A DNA stretch of 64,000 nucleotides, from the NCBI GenBank assembly GCA_964035545.1, contig OZ037765.1, positions 34,992,080 through 35,056,079 of the forward strand, given 5' to 3'. A program made the translations under genes and the position numbers. This document shows, piece by piece, positions 35,063-49,240 of the stretch (position 1 is its first letter; every line of letters begins with the position of its first letter). This stretch comes from Bugula neritina (lineage: Eukaryota; Animalia; Bryozoa). The notes beneath the pieces are model-generated. The model made no database searches and was not told where the DNA came from. It saw only the letters and a program-made list of their open reading frames with translations.

Positions 35063-38000
35063 ATGGCTGTGTACTCGGTGTTTGTGGTGAGCAGAGGGGG
35101 CAGTCTAATATATGACATAGACTACAACGTGCCAAAGACCGGTGTAGAGAAGACATTTGGGTACCCACTGGACATCGTCCTCAAAGTGTTTGATGAGAAG
35201 TTGACTGTAGACTTTGGTGCTGGAGATGGAATCAAAAGTAGCATTTTGTGATTAACAAGTATTTTCTGTATATATAGTATACTTACTCTATACTGTATAT
35301 AGTATACTTAGTATACTGTATATAGTATACTTACTCTATACTGTATATAGTATACTTACTCTATACTGTATATAGTATACTTACTATATTGTATATAGTA
35401 TACTTACTCTATACTGTATATAGTATACTTACTCTATACTGTATATAGTATACTTAGTATACTGTATATAGTATACTTACTCTATACTGTATATAGTATA
35501 CTTACTCTATACTGTATATAGTATACTTACTATATTGTATATAGTATACTTACTATACTGTATATAGTATACTTACTCTATACTGTATATAGTATACTTA
35601 CTCTATACTGTATATAGTATACTTACTCTATACTGTATATAGTATACTTACTCTATACTGTATATAGTATACTTACTCTATACTGTATATAGTATACTTA
35701 CTCTATACTGTATATAGTATACTTACTCTATACTGTATATAGTATACTTACTATACTTACTATACTTACAGTCGGTCACTACTTACTCGCTGTCAATGGC
35801 CGACCTGTGCAGGGGACAGTGTTTGACGATGACAGAACTGATGTCAGAGAATTTCTCGGTCAGCAACAAAACTATCCAATCAGCTTGAAGTTTGGAAGAA
35901 TTAAGTTGACGGTGAACGAGAAAATAATGCTGGCTAGCATGTTTCACTCGTAAGTTGCGTTTGTAGATTCTTTTACTCAGAAGGTAGGAAATGTATTCAT
36001 TGTTGACATTGGGACAGCAAAGCAGTTATAACTGCCTGACTAGATTGTTTTCTTATTAATTCTGATGGCTCCTTCATGTGATACTAACAACAGAGTCCAA
36101 CTTATTATTATATTATAATATACTATACAGTACAATGACATCTCATCTCACTGTTTACTCTGTAGGCTGTTTACTCTGTTACTGTAGGCTGTTTGCGTTT
36201 GGTTGTCAGCTTTCTCCAGAGGAGAGGTCTTCTGGGATACAGATTCTGGAGGCTGACACATTCAAACTACACTGTAGACAGACTCTAACAGGTGCCCTTT
36301 ACTTGCACTATTTCTATGCTTACTTCTGCTTCCTATTTATACAGTGTTATGTAGATGTGATGTTTAGCAAGTTCAACAGGTGAGATGTTAGACTAGGTTC
36401 TCTTGTTGAGATGTTAGACTAGGTTCTCTTGTTGAGATGTTAGACTAGGTTCTCTTGTTGAGATGTTAGACTAGGTTCTCTTGTTGAGATGTTAGACTAG
36501 GTTCTCTTGTTGAGATGTTAGACTAGGTTCTCTTGTTGAGATGTTAGACTAGGTTCCCTTGTTGAGATGTTAGACTAGGTTCTCTTGTTGAGATGTTAGA
36601 CTAGGTTCTCTTGTTGAGATGTTAGACTAGGTTCCCTTGTTGAGATGTTAGACTAGGTTCTCTTGTTGAGATGTTAGACTAGGTTCTCTTGTTGAGATGT
36701 TAGACTAGGTTCTCTTGTTGAGATGTTAGACTAGGTTCCCTTGTTGAGATGTTAGACTAGGTTCCCTTGTTGAGATGTTAGACTAGGTTCTCTTGTTGAG
36801 ATGTTAGACTAGGTTCTCTTGTTGCAGGTATAAAGTTTATAGTCCTCACAGACCCAAGACTACCGTATGTTGAGGGTCTACTGAAGCGTCTCTATGAACT
36901 TTACTCAGACTACGCCTTGAAAAACCCGTATTATTCCATAGACATGCCAATAAGGTGAGAGTTATTAGAATATAGTATACTGTTATTAGAATATAGTAGG
37001 GGTAACGGGGGGGGGGGGGGGGGGCACAACGGGCCGAATTTTGCATTTGTTGCTCTCATTCGTCTGTTTTTCAAGTTACTAGTTCAATAATCTCTAGTCT
37101 TAATGCTACATCTGTTGTCTATTACAGGTACCAGTTTGTTATTTCTATCTCTTTCACAACTTTCAGAATAAGGAAATTTTCATGACGAAAGAATTGGCCC
37201 ATTGTGCCCCGGTACCGGGGTACAATGGGCCACTGGGTGGAACACAACAAATATATTGAAATTTTGCGTATTTGGTTATATCTGATCTTTATTTATTTAA
37301 TAATACAAATAAATAAAGATACTCTTTCAGATTTACAGCAAAATTCATGTTTTAGCTGTGAAGTTTGTGCCACTACGGATAGCAGAGGAAGGCAAAATCA
37401 AACGCACGTCACTCAGTTCTGCATTATTATTACTGTTTAAAACTAAAAATGTTTTGTGATTTTCACTGCAGAGCAACGTTTATTAAAAAAAACTTTACTA
37501 AAATGTACTACAAAATTCTGAGTGAACTTTTTTCAATGAACTGTAGCTAAGGTGCATGCATGGCTGAGATTTGTGACTGGAGTACGGAAGGGAGAGGGGG
37601 GAGCAAATTAGCAAATCACAATTTATTTCAGTCAAATGCATGTATATTCCTTCAATGGTGTAATATATAATGATTATCACGACTATCTACTAGTAGCAAC
37701 AGCAGAGTGTTTTGTATTATGTATAAAATGGCAAAGCTTTAACCTTACCAAATGTATGTATTAGGGGAGCTTCAACTTGTAGTTTTGTAGTCTTACCATA
37801 ATGTCTTTGATACTTTACAAAAAGGTCAGAAATGGCTATATTTATAAATTTTAGTAACAGTTCAACCAACTTTTTGGGGAAACAAACTAATAACAGTGAC
37901 CAGGGTGCAATAATCAGGTGGCCCATTGTGCCCCGGTCAGCGTGGCCCATTGTGCCCCGTGTGGCCAAATCGAAAATAAATGTGCCTCAAGGAAAATTTA

Positions 38001-38798
38001 TTCCAGTGTTTGCTGTTATACTAGTTAAGCATTGTAGAGACAAGCAATGGCAACAATATTAGTAAAATTTAGGCTTCTTGCCTTTGAGTGTAAAAAGTTA
38101 TAAGACTTCAACGACATCCTAAAAAATTTACAAAAAGTAGGTAAAAACAGTTTTTTACCCGCCTTTTCAACACGTATGTTCCGCAAGTGTTGAAACTACA
38201 GAGGCTGAATAATTATGTCAATATCTTTTTATGAAAAAAAATCACAACTCTAAGTCAATAAGTTCTCTGACAATTTGGCCGGCTTTTTGTACCCCTATGA
38301 CCGTTGTGCCGCCGTTACCCCTATACAGTTATTAGAATATAATATACATGTTATTAGAATATAGTATACAGTTATTAGAATATAGTATGCAGTTATTAGA
38401 ATATAATATACATGTTATTAGAATATAGTATACAGTTATTAGAATATAGTATGCAGTTATTAGAATATAATATACATGTTATTAGAATATAGTATACAGT
38501 TATTAGAATATAATATACATGTTATTAGAATATAGTATACAGTTATTAGAATATAGTATACAGTTATTAAAATATAGTATACAGTTATTAGAATATAGTA
38601 TACAGTTATTAGAATATAGTATACAGTTATTAGAATATAGTATACAGTTATTAGAATATAGTATACTGAATGTTAGAAAATAATATACATGTTGATTTAG
38701 ATTTTAGACAGACTCTTGCTTGCTGTTACAGATGTGACCTGTTTGACGAAAACCTGAAACTAAGTCTGGAGCAATACGAGAGAAGCTTGACCTCTTGA
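35063..38798 (+). CDS. TRAPPC4: Trafficking protein particle complex subunit 4 (synbindin/Trs23), about 216 aa; exons 35063-35237, 35772-35949, 36188-36291, 36828-36954, 38732-38798
   Basis: [79 protein letters not shown]. Confidence 0.95.
35267..35769. repeat. 23-25-bp minisatellite, about 20 copies, TRAPPC4 intron 1
   Basis: CTGTATATAGTATACTTACTCTATA; runs into the acceptor (TACTTACAG). Confidence 0.95.
36381..36823. repeat. 26-bp minisatellite, about 17 copies, TRAPPC4 intron 3
   Basis: TGAGATGTTAGACTAGGTTC(T/C)CTTGT; the last unit supplies the pyrimidine tract. Confidence 0.96.
36999..38321. mobile_element. Non-autonomous TIR DNA transposon (TA TSD, Tc1/mariner-pogo type), 1.32 kb, TRAPPC4 intron 4
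   Basis: TA|GGGGTAACG(G)nCACAACGG ... CCGTTGTGCCGCCGTTACCCC|TA; removing it restores one 21-bp repeat unit; no transposase ORF. Confidence 0.85.
38322..38670. repeat. 21-bp minisatellite GTTATTAGAATATAGTATACA, continuing from 36961-36998
   Basis: Array split by the DNA transposon. Confidence 0.95.
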
Positions 38799-39124
38799 CC
38801 TCACCCGCTTTTCTCAGAATTTTATTTAAATTTATATTTTATTATACATTATTGCGTTGCTTTATGTAAATACAGCATGAATAAAAAAGTATTGTTTTTA
38901 ATCAATTTAATTACATGTACATTATTGATAACGCATTACTAAAAGCATAGAAAGGAATGTCTTCCAATATCTTCAATACTGCACAGCCATGGCAAAGGTG
39001 CAAAGGTTTTCGTTCTCCTTGAGCTGTCATGAAAGTATATACATATACATACATATGGCTAACGTTATTACTGAATATATACAGAACTACAAATTCACAG
39101 CCCTTTCATGTCGGGATCATGACT

Positions 39125-42100
39125 TCATCTTCTGCGAGTCGATTTCTTTGGCGACCTTGACCTTTTAGACTGTGACCTGAAAACAGATATCAACAAAACT
39201 ATTATTAACTTTTATTAACTGATAAATTAATGAATAATTGTTCTAAACTCATTATATAGACAACTCAATATATGTTCTAAAAACAATTTGTATTCATGCT
39301 TGTAGTTGCATTTGTATATTTCGTGTGTCAAACCATCTCAAATGTCTGAAAACAGCAGCTCTAGCCACACCCACTGACTACAGCCCCACCCACCGACTAC
39401 AAAAAAAAATTTCATAATGGAATGGTTAAACAGCTAGAATCATTTGAGTGTGCATTGAAGTTTGACATACTGAAATATGTTTTACTTTTGAGACTTTCCT
39501 TTACATAAGCCAGCAATTTAGCTAAAAATAAAATTTATAAGAAAACTTATGTGAAAGAATTAGGCGACTGAGTGCTATGTAAAACCTGGCACAGCTCTAA
39601 AGAATTCATAACTGCTGAGAAATAGAAATGAACACCTGTAAACCATCAACTGGAACTGCATGTCAGAAACTTACTTTTTACTTGAGTCGTGGTCAGAATC
39701 TTCTGATGAACTTGAGCTGCTGCCTGAAGAGCTGCTGCTGCCACTTCCGTCTGAGTCGCCACTGTCACTTGACTCACTCGAAATTCGCCTATGAAACCAG
39801 CAATCTGACTAGTAATGTGTAACTAGTAAAGTGTATGTTAATGTATCTAGTAATGTGTAACTAGTAATGTGTATGTTAATGTATCTAGTAATGTGTAACT
39901 AGTAAAGTGTATGTTAATGTATCTAGTAATGCATGTCAATGTATCTAGTAATGTATAAGTTAATGTATCTAGTAAGGTGTTTATATTATCAGATATATTA
40001 TCATGAGATGACTTGGCAATATGTAACAAGTTTATACGCACTACATCTTCAACCAACCTATCTCCTTTCCGTGTAGATGAACTGGAGTCACTAGAACTCG
40101 AAGAGGAACTCGAACTCCGACTCGACCGTGACTTGTTTTCTGGTTTATGACTGCGAGTCTTGGATGCCGAGTCATGGTGGGGTGCCGAAGCTGGTGATTG
40201 GCTACTCACACGCCGCTGATGAGGTGGGGATTTAGAGGAAGATTTGAGAGTAACATTAACGCCCTGTTTAGAGTTGGTATATGACGAGGCAGAAATGTCT
40301 CTGTTTTCCTTATTTGACGGAGATGAGCCTTTCTTTCTGAATGCTTGTGAAGACGATTTTCTTGGAGGTGATCTAGAGTCTTTTCTAGATTTTCTTGGAG
40401 GTGATCTGGAGTCTTTTCTAGATTTTCTTGGAGGTGATCTGGAATCCTTTCTAGATTTTCTTGGAGGTGATCTAGAGTCTTTTCTAGATTTTCTTGGAGG
40501 TGATCTGGAATCCTTTCTAGATTTTCTTGGAGGAGATCTGGAATCCTTTCTAGATTTTCTTGGAGGTGATCCAGAGTCCTTTCTAGATTTTCTTGGAGGT
40601 GATCCAGAGTCCATTCTAGATTTTCTTGAAGGTGGTCTAGAGTCTTTTCTAGATTTTTCTGCAGGTGATCTCGAGTCCTTTCTAGATTTTCTTGGAGGTG
40701 ATCTAGAGTCTTTTCTAGATTTTTGTGCAGGTGATCTAGAGTCCATTCTAGATTTACGTGGAGGTGATCCAGAGTCCTTTCTAGATTTACATGGAGGTGA
40801 TCTAGAGTCTTTTCTAGATTTTCTTGGAGGCGATCTAGAGTCTTTTCTAGATTTTCTTAGAGGCGATCTAGAGTCCTTTCTAGATTTACGTGGAGGTGAT
40901 CCAGAGTCTTTTCTAGATTTTTGTGCAGGTGATCGAGAGTCTTTTCTAGATTTTCTTGGATGTGATCTAGAGTCCTTTCTAGATTTACGTGGAGGTGATC
41001 CAGAGTCCATTCTAGATTTTCGTGGAGGTGATCCAGAGTCCTTTTTAGATTTTTGTGGAGGTGATCTAGAAACTCTCCGCTTGTAATCTGGTGATGCCCG
41101 TCTCCTTGAAGAGACCACCTGCTGTTTTCGATCTCGAGAGCGGTGAGTAGAGGGACTGCCATCTCGGTGAGATTTTCTGGTTTCTTTTCTTGGTGATTCT
41201 GAGCCATCTTTGGTTTTAGCAGATCTCGAAGGACGTGGGGACTTTTCTTTCTTTAATTTTCTGTTTGGCGAGGGAGAAAAGGATGACCTTTGAGTGCGAC
41301 TTTTATCTTCCGTATTTTTATCTCGAGATGACCCGTTTTTCATTGTTCTAGCATTTCCATTTGATCTTCAAATAAACATATTGAATAAATGAGGTCATAC
41401 TAATGCGTCTAGTCAGAGGGCTGCTGATCCTCTAATCTCGGCAATAACAGACAGACGTACCTAGTTGGTTCTCTCTCCGTCCCAGAATCCTCTTCTTCTG
41501 AGTCACTTTCTGAACTGCTGGAACTGCTGGATTCGGTCTCACTGTAAACAAAACTATGTCAACAGCAACTGGCATAGAAATAAGAAATTGTTCAGACAGA
41601 AAAATGAGATGCTACAGACTGAGCTAATGAAGACTGCAAGGTACCAAAGTTATAACCAATTACAACATAAATACCTCTTCACTTTCCTTTTCCTTTTCTT
41701 CTTCTGTTTCTGCTCACTGTCCGAGTCACTCAAGACTAGACTGTAACAAGCAGAGCTTAATCTACATCTTGACATATTAGACACCTACCACACTGTACTA
41801 CCCAAATTGAAGCAGCACCTCTAACACTCTGCCCCCACATAGTAGTAACACTCTGCCCCTACATAGTAGTAACACTCTGCCCCTACATAGTAGTAACACT
41901 CTGCCCCTACATAGTAGTAACACTCTGCCCCTACATAGTAGTAACACTCTGCCCCTACATAGTAGTAACACATTAGGCTACCTGTAGACCAGTCGACATA
42001 CCTGTACTTGGTTTGAGCGGCGGCTTTAGCTTTAGCCTCCAACTCTTTGTGTTTCCTGTTAGGGTCCAAGGAGGACCCGTCTACGTAGAACTCACTGAGT

Positions 42101-45100
42101 CCAAAGGCATCTCTCAGCTTCACATTCTTCGCTCTGTTTGCTTCGGCGAGTTGGTGGGAGTCTTTAGTCCTATAAGCATATGTAAGCACAGTGTGATACT
42201 GCATCTATAAGCATATGTAAGCACAGTATGATACTGCATCTATAAGCATATGTAAGCACAGTGTGATACTGCATCTATAAGCACATGTAAGCACAGTGTG
42301 ATACTGCATCTATAAGCATATGTAAGCACAGTGTGATACTGCATCTATAAGCATATGTAAGCACAGTGTGATACTGCATCTATAAGCATATGTAAGCACA
42401 GTGTGATACTGCATCTATAAGCATATGTAAGCACAGTGTGATACTGCATCTACAGGACATCGCTATGCTGACCAGACTCATTTAATGACACAAACTAAAC
42501 TCACACTGGTCTACCAGCCTCGTCTAGAGTGGGTGTGGAGACAACTCCTGAGTCCTGCTCTTTCTCTAACAGCATCTTCCTGTAGAGAGAAACTTTCTCT
42601 TCAACCTCAGCCTCTTCATACCTGAAAGCAGATGGAATATACTAGAGTGTTAGAAGAGATATATAAGAAGAGATATATAAGAAGGGATATATAAGAAGGG
42701 ATATATAAGAAGGGATATATAAGAAGGGATATATAAGAAGAGATATATAAGAAGAGATATATAAGAAGGGATATATAAGAAGGGATATATAACAAGAGAT
42801 ATATAAGAAGGGATATATAAGAAGGGATATATAAGAAGAGATATATAAGAAGGGATATATAAGAAGAGATATATAAGAAGGGATATATAAGAAAAGATAT
42901 ATAAGAAGAGATATATAAGAAGAGATATGTAAGAAGGGATATATAAGAAGGGATATATAAGAAGGGATATATAAGAAGGGATATATAAGAAGGGATATAT
43001 AAGAAGGGATATATAAGAAGGGATATATAAGAAGGGATATATAAGAAGGGATATATAAGAAGGGATATATAAGAAGGGATATATAAGAAGGGATATATAA
43101 GAAGGGATATATAAGAAGGGATATATAAGAAGGGATATATAAGAAGGGATATATAAGAAGGGATATATAAGAAGAGATATATAAGAAGAGATATATAAGA
43201 AGGGATATCTAAGAAGGGATATATAAGAAGGGATATATAACAAGAGATATATAAGAAGAGATATATAAGAAGGGATATATAAGAAGGGATATATAAGAAG
43301 GGATATATAAGAAGGGATATATAAGAAGGGATATATAAGTAGAGATATATAAGAAGGGATATATAAGAAGGGATATATAAGAAGGGATATATAAGAAGGG
43401 ATATATAAGAAGAGATATATAAGAAGGGATATATAAGAAGAGATATATAAGAAGGGATATATAAGAAGGGATATATAAGAAGGGATATATAAGAAGGGAT
43501 ATATAAGAAGGGATATATAACAAGAGATATATAAGAAGGGATATATAAGAAGGGATATATAAGAAGGGATATATAAGAAGGGATATATAAGAAGAGATAT
43601 ATAAGAAGGGATATATAAGAAGAGATATATAAGAAGGGATATATAAGAAGAGATATATAAGAAGGGATATATAAGAAGGGATATATAAGAAGAGATATAT
43701 AAGAAGAGATATATAAGAAGGGATATATAAGAAGGGATATATAACAAGAGATATATAAGAAGGGATATATAAGAAGGGATATATAAGAAGGGATATATAA
43801 GAAGGGATATATCTAAGAAGAGATATATAAGAAGGGATATATAAGAAGGGATATATAAGAAGAGATATATAAGAAGGGATATATAAGAAGAGATATATAA
43901 GAAGATATATATAAGAAGGGATATATAAGAAGGGATATATAAGAAGAGATATATAAGAAGAGATATATAAGAAGGGATATATAAGAAGGGATATATAAGA
44001 AGGGATATATAAGAAGGGATATATAAGAAGAGATATATAAGAAGAGATATATAAGAAGGGATATATAAGAAGAGATATATAAGAAGGGATATATAAGAAG
44101 GGATATATAAGAAGGGATATATAAGAAGGGATATATAAGAAGAGATATATAAGAAGGGATATATAAGAAGGGATATATAAGAAGAGATATATAAGAAGAG
44201 ATATATAAGAAGGGATATATAAGAAGGGATATATAACAAGAGATATATAAGAAGGGATATATAAGAAGGGATATATAAGAAGGGATATATAAGAAGGGAT
44301 ATATAAGAAGGGATATATAAGAAGAGATATATAAGAAGAGATATATAAGAAGGGATATATAAGAAGAGATATATAAGAAGGGATATATAAGAAGGGATAT
44401 ATAAGAAGGGATATATAAGAAGGGATATATAAGAAGAGATATATAAGAAGGGATATATAAGAAGGGATATATAAGAAGAGATATATAAGAAGGGATATAT
44501 AAGAAGGGATATATAACAAGAGATATATAAGAAGAGATATATAAGAAGGGATATATAAGAAGAGATATATAAGAAGAGATATATAAGAAGGGATATATAA
44601 GAAGAGATATATAAGAAGGGATATATAAGAAGATATATATAAGAAGGGATATATTAGAAGAGATGTATAAGAAGAGATATATAAGAAGGGATATATAAGA
44701 AGGGATATATAAGAAAAGATATATAAGAAGAGATATATAAGAAGAGATATGTAAGAAGGGATATATAAGAAGGGATATATAAGAAGGGATATATAAGAAG
44801 GGATATATAAGAAGGGATATATAAGAAGAGATATATAAGAAGGGATATATAAGAAGGGATATATAAGAAGGGATATATAAGAAGGGATATATAAGAAGAG
44901 ATATATAAGAAGAGATATATAAGAAGGGATATCTAAGAAGGGATATATAAGAAGGGATATATAACAAGAGATATATAAGAAGAGATATATAAGAAGGGAT
45001 ATATAAGAAGGGATATATAAGAAGGGATATATAAGAAGGGATATATAAGAAGGGATATATAAGTAGAGATATATAAGAAGGGATATATAAGAAGGGATAT

Positions 45101-48100
45101 ATAAGAAGGGATATATAAGAAGGGATATATAAGAAGAGATATATAAGAAGGGATATATAAGAAGAGATATATAAGAAGGGATATATAAGAAGGGATATAT
45201 AAGAAGGGATATATAAGAAGGGATATATAAGAAGGGATATATAACAAGAGATATATAAGAAGGGATATATAAGAAGGGATATATAAGAAGGGATATATAA
45301 GAAGGGATATATAAGAAGAGATATATAAGAAGGGATATATAAGAAGAGATATATAAGAAGGGATATATAAGAAGGGATATATAAGAAGGGATATATAAGA
45401 AGGGATATATAAGAAGGGATATATAAGAAGGGATATATAAGAAGGGATATATAAGAAGAGATATATAAGAAGAGATATATAAGAAGGGATATCTAAGAAG
45501 GGATATATAAGAAGGGATATATAACAAGAGATATATAAGAAGAGATATATAAGAAGGGATATATAAGAAGGGATATATAAGAAGGGATATATAAGAAGGG
45601 ATATATAAGAAGAGATATATAAGAAGAGATATATAAGAAGAGATATATAAGAAGGGATATCTAAGAAGGGATATATAAGAAGGGATATATAACAAGAGAT
45701 ATATAAGAAGAGATATATAAGAAGGGATATATAAGAAGGGATATATAACAAGAGATATATAAGAAGGGATATATAAGAAGGGATATATAAGAAGGGATAT
45801 ATAAGAAGAGATATATAAGAAGAGATATATAAGAAGAGATATATAAGAAGGGATATATAAGAAGGGATATATAAGAAGGGATATATAAGAAGGGATATAT
45901 AAGTAGAGATATATAAGAAGGGATATATAAGAAGGGATATATAAGAAGGGATATATAAGAAGGGATATATAAGAAGAGATATATAAGAAGGGATATATAA
46001 GAAGAGATATATAAGAAGGGATATATAAGAAGGGATATATAAAAAGGGATATATAAGAAGGGATATATAAGAAGGGATATATAACAAGAGATATATAAGA
46101 AGGGATATATAAGAAGGGATATATAAGAAGGGATATATAAGTAGAGATATATAAGAAGAGATATATAAGAAGGGATATATAAGAAGAGATATATAAGAAG
46201 GGATATATAAGAAGGGATATATAAGAAGGGATATATAAGAAGGGATATATAAGAAGGGATATATAAGAAGGGATATATAAGAAGAGATATATAAGAAGAG
46301 ATATATAAGAAGGGATATCTAAGAAGGGATATATAAGAAGGGATATATAACAAGAGATATATAAGAAGATATATATAAGAAGGGATATATAAGAAGGGAT
46401 ATATAAGAAGGGATATATAAGAAGGGATATATAAGAAGAGATATATAAGAAGAGATATATAAGAAGAGATATATAAGAAGGGATATCTAAGAAGGGATAT
46501 ATAAGAAGGGATATATAACAAGAGATATATAAGAAGAGATATATAAGAAGGGATATATAAGAAGGGATATATAACAAGAGATATATAAGAAGGGATATAT
46601 AAGAAGGGATATATAAGAAGGGATATATAAGAAGAGATATATAAGAAGAGATATATAAGAAGAGATATATAAGAAGGGATATATAAGAAGGGATATATAA
46701 GAAGAGATATATAAGAAGGGATATATAAGAAGGGATATATTAGAAGGGATATATAAGAAGAGATATATAAGAAGGGATATATAAGAAGAGATATATAAGA
46801 AGAGATATATAAGAAGGGATATATTAGAAGGGATATATAAGAAGGGATATATAAGAAGGGATATATAAGAAGGGATATATAAGAAGAGATATATAAGAAG
46901 AGATATATAAGAAGGGATATATTAGAAGGGATATATAAGAAGGGATATATAAGAAGGGATATATAAGAAGGGATATATAAGAAGAGATATATAAGAAGGG
47001 ATATATAAGAAGGGATATATAAGAAGGGATATATAAGAAGGGATATATAAGAAGGGATATATAAGAAGGGATATATAAGAAGAGATATATAAGAAGAGAT
47101 ATATAAGAAGAGATATATAAGAAGAGATATATAAGAAGGGATATATTAGAAGGGATATATAAGAAGGGATATCTAAGAAGGGATATATAAGAAGGGATAT
47201 ATAACAAGAGATATATAAGAAGAGATATATAAGAAGGGATATATAAGAAGGGATATATAAGAAGGGATATATAAGAAGGGATATATAAGAAGAGATATAT
47301 AAGAAGAGATATATAAGAAGAGATATATAAGAAGAGATATATAAGAAGGGATATCTAAGAAGGGATATATAAGAAGGGATATATAACAAGAGATATATAA
47401 GAAGGGATATATAAGAAGGGATATATAAGAAGGGATATATAAGAAGGGATATATAAGAAGGGATATATAAGAAGGGATATATAAGAAGGGATATATAAGA
47501 AGGGATATATAAGAAGGGATATATAAGAAGGGATATATAAGAAGGGATATATAAGAAGGGATATATAAGAAGGGATATATAAGAAGGGATATGTAAGAAG
47601 AGATATGTAAGAAGAGATATATGTAAGAAGGGATATATAAGAAGGGATATATAAGAAGGGATATATAAGAAGGGATATATAAGAAGGGATATATAAGAAG
47701 GGATATATAAGAAGGGGTATATAAGAAGAGATATATAAGAAGGGATATATAAGAGGGGATATATAAGAAGGGATATATAACAAGAGATATATAAGAAGGG
47801 ATATATAAGAAGGGATATATAAGAAGGGATATATAAGAAGGGATATATCTAAGAAGGGATATATAAGAAGGGATATATAAGAAGGGATATATAAGAAGGG
47901 ATATATAAGAAGGGATATATAAGAAGGGATATATAAGAAGGGATATATAAGAAGGGATATATAAGAAGAGATATATAAGAAGGGATATATAAGAAGGGAT
48001 ATATTAGAAGGGATATATAAGAAGGGATATATAAGAAGGGATATATAAGAAGGGATATATAAGAAGGGATATATAAGAAGGGATATATAAGAAGAGATAT

Positions 48101-48840
48101 ATAAGAAGAGATATATAAGAAGAGATATATAAGAAGGGATATATAAGAAGGGATATATAAGAAGGGATATATAAGAAGGGATATATAAGAAGGGATATAT
48201 AAGAAGGGATATATAAGAAGAGATATATAAGAAGGGATATATAACAAGAGATATATAAGAAGGGATATATAAGAAGGGATATATAAGAAGGGATATATAA
48301 GAAGAGATATATAAGAAGAGATATATAAGAAGAGATATATAAGAAGAGATATATAAGAAGGGATAAATAAGAAGGGATATATAAGAAGGGATATATAAGA
48401 AGGGATATATAAGAAGAGATATATAAGAAGGGATATATAAGAAGGGATATATAAGACACACCCCTGTTCCTCCATCAACTCCTGCATCTCTAGACACTTC
48501 AGCTCTACTTTCCTTTTCCTTTCATGAATCATAATCTCAATGTTTGGCCCTTTGTTAATATTTTCGTCCAGCTTTTGGAGTTGTTCCTCTGTTTTGTAAG
48601 TCGTCTGAAAGAATTATAAATCTATATTTTATAATTAGAAACAAAAAATTCACCTGCCAAGTTTCTCACTTAGCAAATTTTTGAAAAACTTCTTTGAAAA
48701 CTTGAACACATGAAATAAAAATATTTAGCCTAAATAAATCTGACCTTGTCTTTGTGGTGACGAATGGCACCCAAGTTTCTCTGCACATACCCATTGGTTC
48801 CACTGCCCCTAGCAGTTTGCAGTCCAATACCGTTATACAT
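39125..48840 (-). CDS. SRRM2: SRRM2/SRm300 (cwf21 domain + Ser/Arg-rich IDR), about 714 aa; exons 48745-48840, 48462-48604, 42505-42621, 42002-42169, 41675-41740, 41461-41541, 40058-41365, 39675-39788, 39125-39176
   Basis: [72 protein letters not shown]; C-terminal exons are low complexity and less certain. Confidence 0.9.
40355..41075 (-). repeat. Coding 33-bp repeat, about 22 copies, encoding S(R/G)SPPRKSRKD
   Basis: In-frame within SRRM2 exon 7. Confidence 0.93.
41822..41970. repeat. 24-bp minisatellite, 6 copies, SRRM2 intron 4
   Basis: ACACTCTGCCCCTACATAGTAGTA. Confidence 0.95.
42170..42452. repeat. 35-bp minisatellite, 8 copies, SRRM2 intron 3; each unit ends in the acceptor
   Basis: CTATAAGCATATGTAAGCACAGTGTGATACTGCAT. 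Confidence 0.95.
42651..48455. repeat. 14-bp satellite AAGAAG(G/A)GATATAT, about 5.8 kb (about 415 units), filling SRRM2 intron 2
   Basis: Direct reading; the intron is 42622-48461. Confidence 0.99.
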
Positions 48841-49240
48841 AGTGGGTCACTGTCAAGTTAACAAAGCTCTACAAAACATCCAAAGTTTTAGATTTACTTA
48901 CAAGTATAAACTGTGATTAGGGTGAAAGTAAACTCCTTATATAGAAGTAATGCATTATGAAACTATACACCAGTTATAGATACAATTTAAAATATCTAGC
49001 AAAAAAGCTTCAAACAAAATGAAACAATTATTTTATTATGATCACCACTATCTAACGCCCAACTTTTGCTTTCTTTCTGTATTATTCATATATCTATTAA
49101 ATAAATAACAATAGCTAGTTACTGTGCTACATAATCTTCACATAGATATAACCATTCATTCATTTCCCTTAGAATACAAACAGCAATGCCACTGTGACCA
49201 ATGGTAGCTCTTAGAACTAATCTGAAGGTTTAGTTATACA

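Noticed and set aside
40244-41086. 280-aa plus-strand ORF with [11 protein letters not shown] repeats
   Set aside because: Antisense shadow of the SRRM2 coding repeat; no independent evidence.
42650-48532. Long hydrophobic ORFs (up to 1122 aa, YIPSYISLL repeats)
   Set aside because: Stop-free translations of the 14-bp satellite in all three minus frames, inside an SRRM2 intron.
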